A stretch of DNA of 64,000 nucleotides from Gammaproteobacteria bacterium (GCA_022712945.1 JAFLJP010000122.1:1853-65852); one strand, 5' to 3'. Shown: positions 1 through 9,380, counted from the first letter of the stretch. Notes: generated from the letters alone by a model not told the origin. A program made the numbers and translations.

Positions 1-7
1 GGAGGAT

Positions 8-442
8 GTGAAAATGAATAAACAGCTTTTAGAAGTTTACGCCTTATCGGTGTGTTTTGTCTCAATCGGTTGCTTGAGTATATTTGCCGGTATCTTTCTA
101 TACAGCCTTGTTGAGGCCTCATTTCCATCAACTATGAACAGCTCACGCATGTACCACCCGCCCCCCATTTTTAGCCATAATGGTGTCGTCACCTCCCCCA
201 TCTTGGCAGAGCAGTCATTATCGGGAATATCCAGCGCGGGGGTGATAGCCGGTAATGCTGAGAATAGCCATCAACGCCAGGCGTCACAAAAACAGTTTGA
301 AGAGCGGGCAGAAAAGCAAATGAAAACAGCGTCAATCATGAGCATGGTCAGGTCTGCCATTATTGTTTTAATCGCATCCATTGTTTTTGCCTTTCACTGG
401 CGTATTGCCAAACAGGCACGAAGTAGCAAGGCATCAGAGTAA
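8..442 (+). CDS. hypothetical membrane protein (N- and C-terminal hydrophobic helices)
   Basis: 144-aa ORF with GGAGG RBS at 1-5 and two hydrophobic segments; its stop TAA coincides with the left end of a repeat. Confidence 0.7.
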   Translation: MKMNKQLLEVYALSVCFVSIGCLSIFAGIFLYSLVEASFPSTMNSSRMYHPPPIFSHNGVVTSPILAEQSLSGISSAGVIAGNAENSHQRQASQKQFEERAEKQMKTASIMSMVRSAIIVLIASIVFAFHWRIAKQARSSKASE

Positions 443-496
443 GGAACGAGCACGGAATAACTTAGGGATGTAGACGTTATTTCGTGATCGTTCCTA
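440..496. repeat. collapsed (ends-only) copy of MITE family A
   Basis: aggaacgagcacggaataac...gttatttcgtgatcgttcct is an imperfect inverted repeat; both halves match the two ends of the element at 16976-17138 in reverse complement. Confidence 0.85.
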
Positions 497-575
497 AATA
501 CCCCTTGAGGCCTGTAACGTTTCTTCTTCTGGTGCATCTCTATGGCAGCATGTTGAAAACAAGGTCTTTAGTGAA

Positions 576-2711
576 ATGAATGTTAAAAAGCTGCCTCTGT
601 TAATTGTACTGGCTCTTCTGGTCAGCTCATTTTTTATTTTTGACCTGGGGCAATTTTTTAGCCTGGAATATTTTAAAACCCAGCAGGTGACCATTGCCGA
701 GCTGCAACGTGAGAGTCCTCTGCAAATTGCGATTGGATTTTTTCTGCTCTACATCATGGTGACGGCACTATCGCTACCGGGTGCGGCGATTATGACCATT
801 GCCGCCGGTGCTATTTTTGGCCTTCTGTGGGGAGTCATTATTGCCTCTTTTGCCTCAAGCATTGGTGCCACCCTGGCCTTTTTAACCTCACGCTTTCTAC
901 TGCGTGATGCGGTGCAAGTCCGTTTTGGCAGCAAGCTGAAGGCAATTAATGAGGGCATCGAAAAAGAGGGTGCTTTCTATCTGTTTACCCTTCGCTTGGT
1001 GCCACTGTTCCCCTTTTTTGTCATCAACCTGTTAATGGGGCTGACCCCCCTTAGAGCACGTAGTTTCTATTGGGTTAGCCAGCTTGGCATGCTGGCAGGC
1101 ACCGTGGTCTATGTTAATGCCGGTACCCAACTGGCGCAGCTTGATTCGGCCAGTGGCATTCTCTCACCGACACTGATTGGTTCACTGCTGTTGCTGGGTC
1201 TCTTCCCGTGGATTGCAAAAGGGCTGATCAATCGGGTCAAGGCAAACCGAGTCTATGCCGGATACAACCAACCTAAACAGTTTGATCGCAACTTGATTGC
1301 CATTGGTGCCGGTGCAGGCGGGCTGGTGAGTACTTACATTGCGGCGGCAACCAAAGCCAAATCATCGTTGATTGAAAAACATAAAATGGGTGGCGACTGC
1401 CTGAACACCGGCTGTGTGCCCTCAAAAGCGCTGATTCGCTCTGCCAAGTATGTAAACCAGATCTCCCGAGCCAACGAGTTTGGTATCGATTCAGCCAGTG
1501 CCCGTTTTGATTTCGCACAAATAATGGAGCGGGTACAACAGGTCATCAAGCAGGTAGAGCCTCACGATTCGGTGGAGCGTTACACCGGCCTTGGCGTTGA
1601 TGTGATTCAGGGCGAGGCAAAAATCACCTCGCCCTGGACGGTTGAAGTGAATGGCAACACCCTCACCACCCGTAACATTGTGATCGCTACTGGTGCACGG
1701 CCCTTTGTCCCTGAGCTGCCGGGTATGGAGCAGATTGATTATCTCACCTCCGATACTATTTGGCAGCTGCGGGTACTACCCAAACGATTGCTGGTGATGG
1801 GCGGCGGGCCGATTGGTTGTGAGCTGGCACAAAGCTTTGCTCGCCTTGGCAGTGAGGTGACGATTGTTCAGCGCGGCACACGCCTGATGCCTCGTGAAGA
1901 TGACGATGTCTCAACGCTGGTCGCAGAGCGCTTTATTAAAGAGGGCTTAACTGTTCGTACTGCTCACACCGCAAAGGGGTTCAAAGTTGAAGGCGAGCAC
2001 CAGATACTCATTTGTGAACATGAGGGTGCTGAGGTGGAAATTGAGTTTGACCAACTGCTGCTGGCGCTGGGGCGAAAGGCCAATACTCGCGGGTTTGGCC
2101 TAGAGGCACTCGGCATCGAGAGCCGTGAAAACGGTACCATTGAAGTAAATGAGTACTTACAAACCCGATTCCCCAATATCTATGCGGTGGGTGATGTGAC
2201 CGGGCCGTTTCAATTTACGCACACCGCCGCGCATCAAGCGTGGTATGCGGCGGTGAATGCGCTGTTTGGCAAGTTCAAAAAGTTTAAGGTGGACTATTCG
2301 GTGATCCCCTGGGCAACATTTACTGAGCCCGAAGTGGCCCGGGTGGGGCTGAATGAGCAGGAAGCCAAAGCACAAAATATCGAATATGAACGCACCCACT
2401 TCGGTATTGATGACCTGGATCGAGCGATTGCCGACGGTGAGGCTCACGGCTTTGTGAAGGTGTTAACGGTGCCGGGTAAAGATAAGATTTTGGGTGTCAC
2501 TATTGTCGGTGAACACGCGGGTGATTTGATTGCTGAATATGTCATGGCGATGAAACACGGCTTGGGGCTGAATAAAATTCTCGGCACCATTCACATCTAC
2601 CCCACCCTAGCCGAGGCTAATAAATATGCCGCGGGTGAGTGGAAGCGTGCCCACGCACCACAAGGTTTATTAAGATGGGCAGCGCGTTTTCATGACTGGA
2701 TGCGGGGGTGA
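576..2711 (+). CDS. DedA/TVP38 (SNARE-associated) membrane domain fused to a pyridine nucleotide-disulfide oxidoreductase (Lpd/MerA-like)
   Basis: N-terminal hydrophobic domain with LRLVPLFPF motif; GAGAGG FAD motif, GGDCLNTGCVPSK redox pair, GGGPIG NAD motif, HIYPTLAE C-terminus; no MerA C-terminal Cys-Cys. Confidence 0.85.
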   Translation: MNVKKLPLLIVLALLVSSFFIFDLGQFFSLEYFKTQQVTIAELQRESPLQIAIGFFLLYIMVTALSLPGAAIMTIAAGAIFGLLWGVIIASFASSIGATLAFLTSRFLLRDAVQVRFGSKLKAINEGIEKEGAFYLFTLRLVPLFPFFVINLLMGLTPLRARSFYWVSQLGMLAGTVVYVNAGTQLAQLDSASGILSPTLIGSLLLLGLFPWIAKGLINRVKANRVYAGYNQPKQFDRNLIAIGAGAGGLVSTYIAAATKAKSSLIEKHKMGGDCLNTGCVPSKALIRSAKYVNQISRANEFGIDSASARFDFAQIMERVQQVIKQVEPHDSVERYTGLGVDVIQGEAKITSPWTVEVNGNTLTTRNIVIATGARPFVPELPGMEQIDYLTSDTIWQLRVLPKRLLVMGGGPIGCELAQSFARLGSEVTIVQRGTRLMPREDDDVSTLVAERFIKEGLTVRTAHTAKGFKVEGEHQILICEHEGAEVEIEFDQLLLALGRKANTRGFGLEALGIESRENGTIEVNEYLQTRFPNIYAVGDVTGPFQFTHTAAHQAWYAAVNALFGKFKKFKVDYSVIPWATFTEPEVARVGLNEQEAKAQNIEYERTHFGIDDLDRAIADGEAHGFVKVLTVPGKDKILGVTIVGEHAGDLIAEYVMAMKHGLGLNKILGTIHIYPTLAEANKYAAGEWKRAHAPQGLLRWAARFHDWMRG

Positions 2712-2746
2712 AAGCATATTTATGACACCGTTTTTTTACGTTTTCT

Positions 2747-3919
2747 TCACTTGCTAAACTGTTTATCAATGAGCTTCATTAAACTAATCAAGCCCATTGC
2801 CTCGATACTTTCAGCGATAGGATAGGACTCTTTCCCGGCATAAACGATAAAATTGTGGGTAGATTTAATGTCCTTAATTGCATTATAAAACCCTTTAGCT
2901 GGCTTGGCGGTTAGTCCGCTTTTTATCTCAATTGCCCATATTTCGTTATTAGGCATTTCAAGCACAAGATCAATCTCTGCTCCTGCTGAGGTGCGATAAA
3001 AAGTAGCTCGGGTACCCGTTGGGGTAATCGATAAAATATTCTCAATAACAAAACCTTCCCAGCTTTCGCCTACCACAGGATGACCAGCAAGCTCTTTATA
3101 GTCTCGAATGCCTAAAAGAGCGTGCAACATGCCGCTATCTCGAATGTATATTTTAGGGGTTTTTACAAGCCTCTTGCCTATGTTTGCATGAAACGGCTTT
3201 AACCGCCTGAACAACAACAAATCCACCAATAAATCTATATAAAAACCAACTGTTTTAGTTGCAATAGATAAGTTGGAGGCAAGTTTTGAGGCATTTAACA
3301 TCCCCCCTTGGCAATGGGCCAGCATCATCCATAGTCGTTCTAGTGTTTCAGTCGGAAAGCGAGGGGCGAATTGCGGAATTTCTCTCTCTAAATATGTTCT
3401 GATGAAATCTTTTCTTATGAGAAGGCTACTCTCCTCGGTATCACTCAGAAAGCTCTCCGGAAAACCGCCCCTTATCCATAATTTAACAACCTCATCTGAC
3501 TGGATCTCTAATGCGCTAAAAGGGGCCATATCGATATAACCAATACGGCCTGCAAGGCTCTCTCCAGATTGCTTTAAAAGGTCGAGGGATGCCGAACCTA
3601 AAATGAGAAACCGTCCTGTTTTTTTACCATTGCGCCTACCTTCATCTATCACACCCCGCAAGGTTTGAAACAGTTCAGGCATACGATGAATTTCATCCAG
3701 AATAACCAGGCTGTCTTCATATTGGTTGAAGAAAAAAATAGGGTCTTGTAACTTTTCTCTATCTACATACGATTCAAGATCAAGATAAAGTGATTCTCTA
3801 TCTTCGGCAATATCAAGTGCCAGCGTTGTTTTCCCAACCTGGCGAGCACCAATAATGGCAACAGCGGGTTGGCGCTTCAGTGCTTTTTCGATGTTTTCAC
3901 GTACTTTTCTCTCTATCAT
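2747..3919 (-). CDS. AAA_14 ATPase with DUF4143 C-terminal domain
   Basis: Walker A GARQVGKT, Walker B ILDEIH, GSAS/ESLAGR, RGGFPE, C-terminal EIDLV...AIEIK PD-(D/E)xK-like motif; AT-rich. Confidence 0.85.
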   Translation of the reverse strand: MIERKVRENIEKALKRQPAVAIIGARQVGKTTLALDIAEDRESLYLDLESYVDREKLQDPIFFFNQYEDSLVILDEIHRMPELFQTLRGVIDEGRRNGKKTGRFLILGSASLDLLKQSGESLAGRIGYIDMAPFSALEIQSDEVVKLWIRGGFPESFLSDTEESSLLIRKDFIRTYLEREIPQFAPRFPTETLERLWMMLAHCQGGMLNASKLASNLSIATKTVGFYIDLLVDLLLFRRLKPFHANIGKRLVKTPKIYIRDSGMLHALLGIRDYKELAGHPVVGESWEGFVIENILSITPTGTRATFYRTSAGAEIDLVLEMPNNEIWAIEIKSGLTAKPAKGFYNAIKDIKSTHNFIVYAGKESYPIAESIEAMGLISLMKLIDKQFSK

Positions 3920-4230
3920 CCTAGTAATTTAGGACGAGTGGTTGCAAATTACAAGGAGTTGTTGTGAGCTAAAGCTGATTCAAGCGCTTTTAACTTTGCT
4001 AAATCAGAGATTACCAGCGCCTCATCTATTTCCCGTTCGAGTGTTTTGCAGTGGGCGGGATATATGAGGGAAGGGGCTGGTTTTTAATCAGCCCTACATT
4101 GATCCGGGTTACGTGTTTTGTTAGGTGAAGGCTATACTGAAAAGGTCAATTATAAGTGGAAATTGACGATAAATTAAGTGACAATCAAGCTATTGAGAGA
4201 ACCTCAACCATGAGAAAAAGAGAAAGTACT

Positions 4231-4527
4231 ATGGAAATCAGATGCTTAATAAAACAGGATGGTGACTTATATATCGCCATGAGCTTGGATTTTGGTCTAT
4301 CGGCACAAGGTTTAACTGTTGGTGAAGTAAAACGTAAGCTTGAAGACCAAATTGAAGAGTACATAGTAGAAGCTTGTACAGTTGATAAGGCACACGCTGA
4401 AAAGTTACTGTCACGAAAAGGGCCCATCAGTTGGTTTGCTACCTTCTATTTGGCAAAATTACATATTCTATCCAAGAAAATATTTACGTTTACAGAAGTG
4501 AAGTCTAACTGCCCTACTCATGCTTAA
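4231..4527 (+). CDS. HicB-like antitoxin (short, no obvious DNA-binding domain)
   Basis: YIAMSLDFGLSAQGLTVGEVKRKLEDQI resembles the HicB N-terminal fold; lies directly upstream of a HicA-like gene; start uncertain (4156, 4210 or 4231). Confidence 0.6.
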   Translation: MEIRCLIKQDGDLYIAMSLDFGLSAQGLTVGEVKRKLEDQIEEYIVEACTVDKAHAEKLLSRKGPISWFATFYLAKLHILSKKIFTFTEVKSNCPTHA

Positions 4528-4542
4528 TAAATTAGGGCGTAT

Positions 4543-4839
4543 ATGTTCTTCAAGAAAACCCCTCAGCTAAAATATAGTGAAGTCGTTAAAGGACTTAAAA
4601 AGCTGGGTTTCTGTAAGCGTCCAAATAAATCGACAGCACACGAACAATGGGTTAGTGATAATCCCTTTAGAAAGGTAACGGTCGATAAACATATATCACC
4701 TTTCTCTGTCCTACTTGTGAAATCAATGGCAAAACAAGCTGATGTCAGTGCTAAAGAGTTTTGCAGGTTATGTAAAGATAAGAAGTACAAGTCAACATCT
4801 GCTGAAAATACAGATAACACCGCCGCTGAGACCGACTAG
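4543..4839 (+). CDS. HicA-like mRNA interferase toxin
   Basis: Basic 98-aa protein, EVVKGLKKLGF...TAHEQW...KVTVDKH...KSMAKQA, matches the HicA dsRBD-like pattern including the catalytic His. Confidence 0.7.
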   Translation: MFFKKTPQLKYSEVVKGLKKLGFCKRPNKSTAHEQWVSDNPFRKVTVDKHISPFSVLLVKSMAKQADVSAKEFCRLCKDKKYKSTSAENTDNTAAETD

Positions 4840-4916
4840 CACCTAACTATTAGTACAAAGCACAATCACCCGCTTTCCCCCACCGTATTCAGCGAAAAAC
4901 CCGGCAATAACACCCA

Positions 4917-5150
4917 CTAATCACTTAAAAACAAGCTCATTTGCCTTGATATGCTGATAATACCCGGCAATTCGGGCATGTTTTTTTGATTTTCGAATTT
5001 GACCCCAATTATTACTGGATCAAGCGGTTTATTTTGTCGACGTAGATTGTCTTTGCTCTGGGTGATGATGGCTTGATCCCGTGGCTGAATAATTTGATTG
5101 CTGTTAAACCAATCTTTTTGGCCGAAGGTTGCATAGGCTGCATGGTGCAT
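4917..5150 (-). pseudogene. probable internal fragment of an Abi-family (AbiD/Abi_2-like) gene
   Basis: HHAAYATFGQKDWFNSNQIIQPRDQAIITQSKDNLRRQNKPLDP resembles the central segment of Abi-like proteins, recognised by eye; truncated next to a REP. Confidence 0.4.
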
Positions 5151-5155
5151 GCCTT

Positions 5156-5175
5156 GTAGGGTAGGCACTGCCTAC
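5156..5175 (+). repeat. single GTAG-type REP
   Basis: GTAG followed by the palindrome gtaggca-c-tgcctac. Confidence 0.55.
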
Positions 5176-5341
5176 AAAAAAATCATGACTACGGCCTTGT
5201 ATAGGATCAATCATGGAGTACCGCTACGGTAGTTATGCCGTTTCATCCAAGGTTTTTCTAACAATGCCCGATTGTTAGCTTGTCGTCTCACATAAAGCTA
5301 ACGACCTGCTTTGATGATCTTTGCTGTCATCACATAGCCCC

Positions 5342-6208
5342 TCAAACAACCAAACCCCGCCGCATAAACTCGGGCAACGCCAGTGTGGCCCGATGAATGT
5401 CCAGGTTGTAATACTCCGTTTCGAACGGTTTGTTGGCAATATCATCCGCACGGAATGTCTGTTCATTACCCAATTTAAACGCCAGGGTGGCGGCCCACCA
5501 GCCGCTGGGGTAGATCGGTTGTGGAAAGGTCAGGGTGTGCATGTGGCCGAATCCTGCATGGCGCATGGCACCTCGTACTTCATTTAACAGTGCCATATGA
5601 TAGAGCGGTGTTTCGGTCTGCTGGCCTAAAATGCCATTGTCCGCCAGGGCGTGCCAACAGCTTTGGTAAAAGGCTTGGTTAAACAACCCTTCGCCGGGGC
5701 CTACCGGGTCGGTGCCGTCGACAATAATCACATCATAACGGCCCTTTTCTGCCTCGGTGAGCCACTTGATGCCATCAACAAAGTGCAGCTCGGCACGGGG
5801 GTCGTTGTTGGACTCACAGAGTTCCGGGAAATATTTCAGTGCCGCTTTGGTCACCTCTTCATCAATATCCACCTGCTGCACTGACTCAACTTCCGGGTGG
5901 CGCAGAACCTCACGCAGCGTGCCGCAGTCACCACCACCAATAATCAGCACCCGTTTGGGTGCCGGGTGGCTGTAGAGTATTGGGTGGGACATCATCTCGT
6001 GATAGAAGAAATTTTCACGGCTAGAGACCATGGTGGCCCCGTCAATCACCATTAACGTGCCAAAGGTTTCGGTCTGGTACACTTCGATTTTCTGAAACGG
6101 GCTTTGCACTTCGTGCAGTTTTTTGATGATTTTTAGTGAGAAGGCGCTACCACCCGGTTCGTAGCGCTCACTAAACCAACCATTCTCCGGTAACACGCTA
6201 CTAGCCAC
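5342..6208 (-). CDS. speE: polyamine aminopropyltransferase (spermidine synthase)
   Basis: QSPFQKI, YHEMMSHP, IIGGGDCG, VDID and DVIIVDGTDPVGP motifs. Confidence 0.93.
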   Translation of the reverse strand: MASSVLPENGWFSERYEPGGSAFSLKIIKKLHEVQSPFQKIEVYQTETFGTLMVIDGATMVSSRENFFYHEMMSHPILYSHPAPKRVLIIGGGDCGTLREVLRHPEVESVQQVDIDEEVTKAALKYFPELCESNNDPRAELHFVDGIKWLTEAEKGRYDVIIVDGTDPVGPGEGLFNQAFYQSCWHALADNGILGQQTETPLYHMALLNEVRGAMRHAGFGHMHTLTFPQPIYPSGWWAATLAFKLGNEQTFRADDIANKPFETEYYNLDIHRATLALPEFMRRGLVV

Positions 6209-6896
6209 ACTTACTATCGCCGCAATTCAAACAAGTCATGCAGCCATCCATCTGGATCATCGCTTTGGTATGACACTTGCCGCACAGTTGTGAGCCAGCG
6301 GGGAAGCTCTCTGGCTCTTTATCTTCGGCCTGCTTGAGTGCCCCTTCAAATTCGGCGCGTTTGGAGGCGATCAGTGCTTTTTGATGCTCATCCAGTTCGT
6401 CATCTTTTATCAGGCCGATCATACGCATGTGGCGTTCGATAACATCACCGATTTCACCTACCAGCGAGGGCATGTATTTGCCCCCTTTCTTGAAGTAGCC
6501 GCCACGGGGGTCGAAGACCGAGCGCAACTCTTCGACCAAAAAAGTGACATCGCCACCCTTACGGAATACCGCTGAGATGATGCGGGTGAGTGCTACAATC
6601 CACTGAAAGTGATCCATGTTTTTCGAGTTGATGAAGATCTCGAAGGGGCGGCGCAGCTCGTGTTCAGTGCCGGCATTCAGAACCACATCGTTCACGGTGA
6701 CGTAGAGCGAGTGCTCTGAAAGCGGGGTGCGAATTTTATAGGTGGAGCCGATCAGCATCTCTGGGCGCTCAAGCTTTTCGTGCATCTGCACAAAACTGGG
6801 CTCTTTTGCCTCCTCTTTTACTTCTATAATTTCTGCCGGTTCATCTGCTTTTACCACACTGAAGCCGACGATTTTTTGTGTAATTTTTACGCTCAT
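6201..6896 (-). CDS. nrdJb: class II ribonucleotide reductase C-terminal subunit NrdJb (TSCPD domain)
   Basis: RPEMLIGSTYKI, PFEIFINSKN, and a C-terminal CGKC...GCMTCLNCGDSKCG zinc-ribbon/redox tail; follows nrdJa. Confidence 0.88.
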   Translation of the reverse strand: MSVKITQKIVGFSVVKADEPAEIIEVKEEAKEPSFVQMHEKLERPEMLIGSTYKIRTPLSEHSLYVTVNDVVLNAGTEHELRRPFEIFINSKNMDHFQWIVALTRIISAVFRKGGDVTFLVEELRSVFDPRGGYFKKGGKYMPSLVGEIGDVIERHMRMIGLIKDDELDEHQKALIASKRAEFEGALKQAEDKEPESFPAGSQLCGKCHTKAMIQMDGCMTCLNCGDSKCG

Positions 6897-6916
6897 GACT
6901 CTGTTCCTATCGCTGG

Positions 6917-9070
6917 TTATAGCTTTCCGTAATAGCCTTCTTTGAGGGCATCATACAGATTGGCGGCGGTGTGTATCTCGCCATCGTATTCAATCTCTTC
7001 GTTACCTTTCAGGTCCATCACCGCACCATCATCCAGGGTGAAGCGGTAGGTGGTGTTTTCCAGGTCTTTCTCTTTTACCAGAACACCTTGGAACGCTTCT
7101 GGGTTAAAACGGAAGGTGGTGCAGCCTTTTAGGTTCTTCTCATAGGCGTATTCGTAGATGTCTTTAAACTCTTCATACGGATAATCAGTGGGCACGTTGG
7201 CGGTTTTGGAGATCGACGAATCAATCCATTTTTGTGAAGCAGCCTGTACATCAACGTGTTGTTTGGGGGTGACATCTTCCGCGGTAATAAAGTAGTCAGG
7301 TAGCTGTTCATCCTGTTTATCACTGTAGGGCATCGCTTTTTCGTTGATCAAACCACGGTAGGCCAGTAGCTCAAAGGAGAAGACATCGATTTTCTCTTTC
7401 GATTTTTTCCCTTCGCGAATCACATTACGTGAGTAGTGGTGCGCAAAGCTTGGCTCAATGCCATTAGAGGCGTTGTTGGCCAGCGAGAGTGAAATAGTCC
7501 CGGTGGGGGCAATGGAGCTATGGTGGGTAAAGCGTGAGCCGTGCTCTGCAATATCGGCGACTAGTTCGGGCGCGGCATCCGCAATATTTTGCATATAGCG
7601 GCTATATTTTGCCAACAGGGTCTTGCCCTTAATCAGGTCACCTACTTTGATGCCATCCGTTTTCATCTCCGGGCGTTTGCGCAACATTTCAGCGGTCACG
7701 GTGAACTGTTCATTTAATATCGGTGCCGCACCCTTCTCCTTGGCCAGCTCAACACCGGCTCGCCACCCTTCAAGGGCGAGGTCTTTGGTCACCTGCTCGG
7801 TGAATGCCAGTGATTTTTCATCACCATACTGCATACCCAGCATAGTCATGCTGGAACCTAAGCCTAAGAAACCCATGCCGTGACGGCGCTTGCTTTCGAT
7901 CTCTTGTCGTTGTCGCTCTAACGGTAGCCCTGAAATTTCAATCACGTTATCCAACATACGGGTGAAGATAGTGATCACCTTGCGGTACTCTTCCCAGTCG
8001 AAGGTTGCTTTTTTGCTGAAAGGGTCACGGACAAACTTGGTGAGGTTAATCGAACCGAGCAGGCAGGCACCGTATGGTGGCAGTGGCTGCTCACCACAGG
8101 GATTGGTGGCCCGCACGGTTTCACAGAACCAGTTGTTGTTCATATCATTGACCTTGTCGATCAGGATGAAGCCGGGTTCGGCGTAGTCGTAAGTGGAGGC
8201 CATGATCACATCCCACAAACGCTGGGCACGAATGGTACGGTAAATTTTGTGTGCCACCAGCCCTGACTCATCAGTGAGGTAGTCCTCTTTGGTGGGGAAA
8301 TCACGCCACACCACTTGCTCGGGATTGTTAACGTCGAGGCTATCGATATCGACCTCTTTCTGGGTGATCGGGAAAATCAGATGCCAGTCACCATCATTTT
8401 TAACCGCTTCCATGAATTCCTTGGTGATCAGTAACGAGAGGTTGAATTGGCGCAAACGGCCATCTTCACGTTTGGCGCGGATAAAATCGATCACGTCAGG
8501 GTGGCTGATATCAAACGTGGCCATTTGTGCGCCACGGCGACCACCGGCAGAGGAGACGGTAAAACACATCTTGTCGTAGATATCCATAAACGACAACGGC
8601 CCAGAGGTATAGGCACCGGCACCGGCCACAAATGCGCCTTTAGGGCGCAGGGTTGAAAACTCATAACCAATGCCGCAACCGGCTTTTAGGGTGAGGCCTG
8701 CCTCATGCACCTTGCCCAAAATGTCGTTCATCGAGTCATGAATGCTGCCCGACACCGTACAGTTAATTGTTGAGGTGGCCGGTTTGTAGGCCTGGGCGCC
8801 GGCATTGGAGATAATGCGACCGGCGGGGATGGCACCGTGGCGCAGTGCCCATGCAAATTTATCCTGCCACTCTTGCTGTTTTTTCGGGGTGTCTTCAACC
8901 GCAGAAAGTGCCTGTGCGACACGCTGGTAAGTACCATCAATATCCTGGTCAATTACTTCGCCATCTTTCTTTTTCAGGCGATATTTTTTATCCCAGATAT
9001 CCAAAGAGGCGGACTGGAACTCAATTCCTGCGGTGACTGATGGCACAGTCTTTAAGTGAGCAACCTTCAT
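6917..9070 (-). CDS. nrdJa: adenosylcobalamin-dependent (class II) ribonucleotide reductase large subunit NrdJa
   Basis: PAGRI, TINC, RRGAQM, ATNPCGEQPL, SIAPTGTIS, DSSISKT, KGCTTFR; no intein-sized insertion. Confidence 0.93.
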   Translation of the reverse strand: MKVAHLKTVPSVTAGIEFQSASLDIWDKKYRLKKKDGEVIDQDIDGTYQRVAQALSAVEDTPKKQQEWQDKFAWALRHGAIPAGRIISNAGAQAYKPATSTINCTVSGSIHDSMNDILGKVHEAGLTLKAGCGIGYEFSTLRPKGAFVAGAGAYTSGPLSFMDIYDKMCFTVSSAGGRRGAQMATFDISHPDVIDFIRAKREDGRLRQFNLSLLITKEFMEAVKNDGDWHLIFPITQKEVDIDSLDVNNPEQVVWRDFPTKEDYLTDESGLVAHKIYRTIRAQRLWDVIMASTYDYAEPGFILIDKVNDMNNNWFCETVRATNPCGEQPLPPYGACLLGSINLTKFVRDPFSKKATFDWEEYRKVITIFTRMLDNVIEISGLPLERQRQEIESKRRHGMGFLGLGSSMTMLGMQYGDEKSLAFTEQVTKDLALEGWRAGVELAKEKGAAPILNEQFTVTAEMLRKRPEMKTDGIKVGDLIKGKTLLAKYSRYMQNIADAAPELVADIAEHGSRFTHHSSIAPTGTISLSLANNASNGIEPSFAHHYSRNVIREGKKSKEKIDVFSFELLAYRGLINEKAMPYSDKQDEQLPDYFITAEDVTPKQHVDVQAASQKWIDSSISKTANVPTDYPYEEFKDIYEYAYEKNLKGCTTFRFNPEAFQGVLVKEKDLENTTYRFTLDDGAVMDLKGNEEIEYDGEIHTAANLYDALKEGYYGKL

Positions 9071-9152
9071 TTGATTTTTATTCCCCTGGTTTTTGTCACT
9101 CTGAAAACAGAGTGTTTATCGCTTTTTTCTGCTGTGTTCGCTCTTGAACAAA

Positions 9153-9168
9153 ACACTAGATGTTGTGT
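9153..9168. promoter_or_regulatory. NrdR box 1
   Basis: acactagatgttgtgt fits the NrdR consensus acaCwAtATaTwGtgt; about 85 bp upstream of nrdJa. Confidence 0.75.
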
Positions 9169-9338
9169 ATTGGGTTGAATACTAAAAGGCTTGCAACGGA
9201 TAGTCAACGCTACTAAGCAATATCAATGTAAAATATAATATTGATATAAATCAATTAATTAAAAAATAAAAAATCACTAAGTTACGGATTATAAATAAAA
9301 AATATATTTCACCTGCGTTAGGGGCTTGATTTTTAGAA

Positions 9339-9354
9339 ACACAAGATGTTGTGC
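9339..9354. promoter_or_regulatory. NrdR box 2
   Basis: acacaagatgttgtgc, a near-copy of box 1 in the same intergenic region. Confidence 0.65.
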
Positions 9355-9380
9355 ATTGGTATTTTGGTTCTCGTGGTGTT

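Noticed and set aside
576..2711. merA (mercuric reductase) call
   Set aside because: No C-terminal Cys-Cys, no NmerA domain and no mer operon genes
6917..9070. Intein in nrdJa or a cobalamin riboswitch upstream
   Set aside because: Length and motifs are continuous with no splicing motifs; the upstream region is AT-rich with no recognisable B12-box
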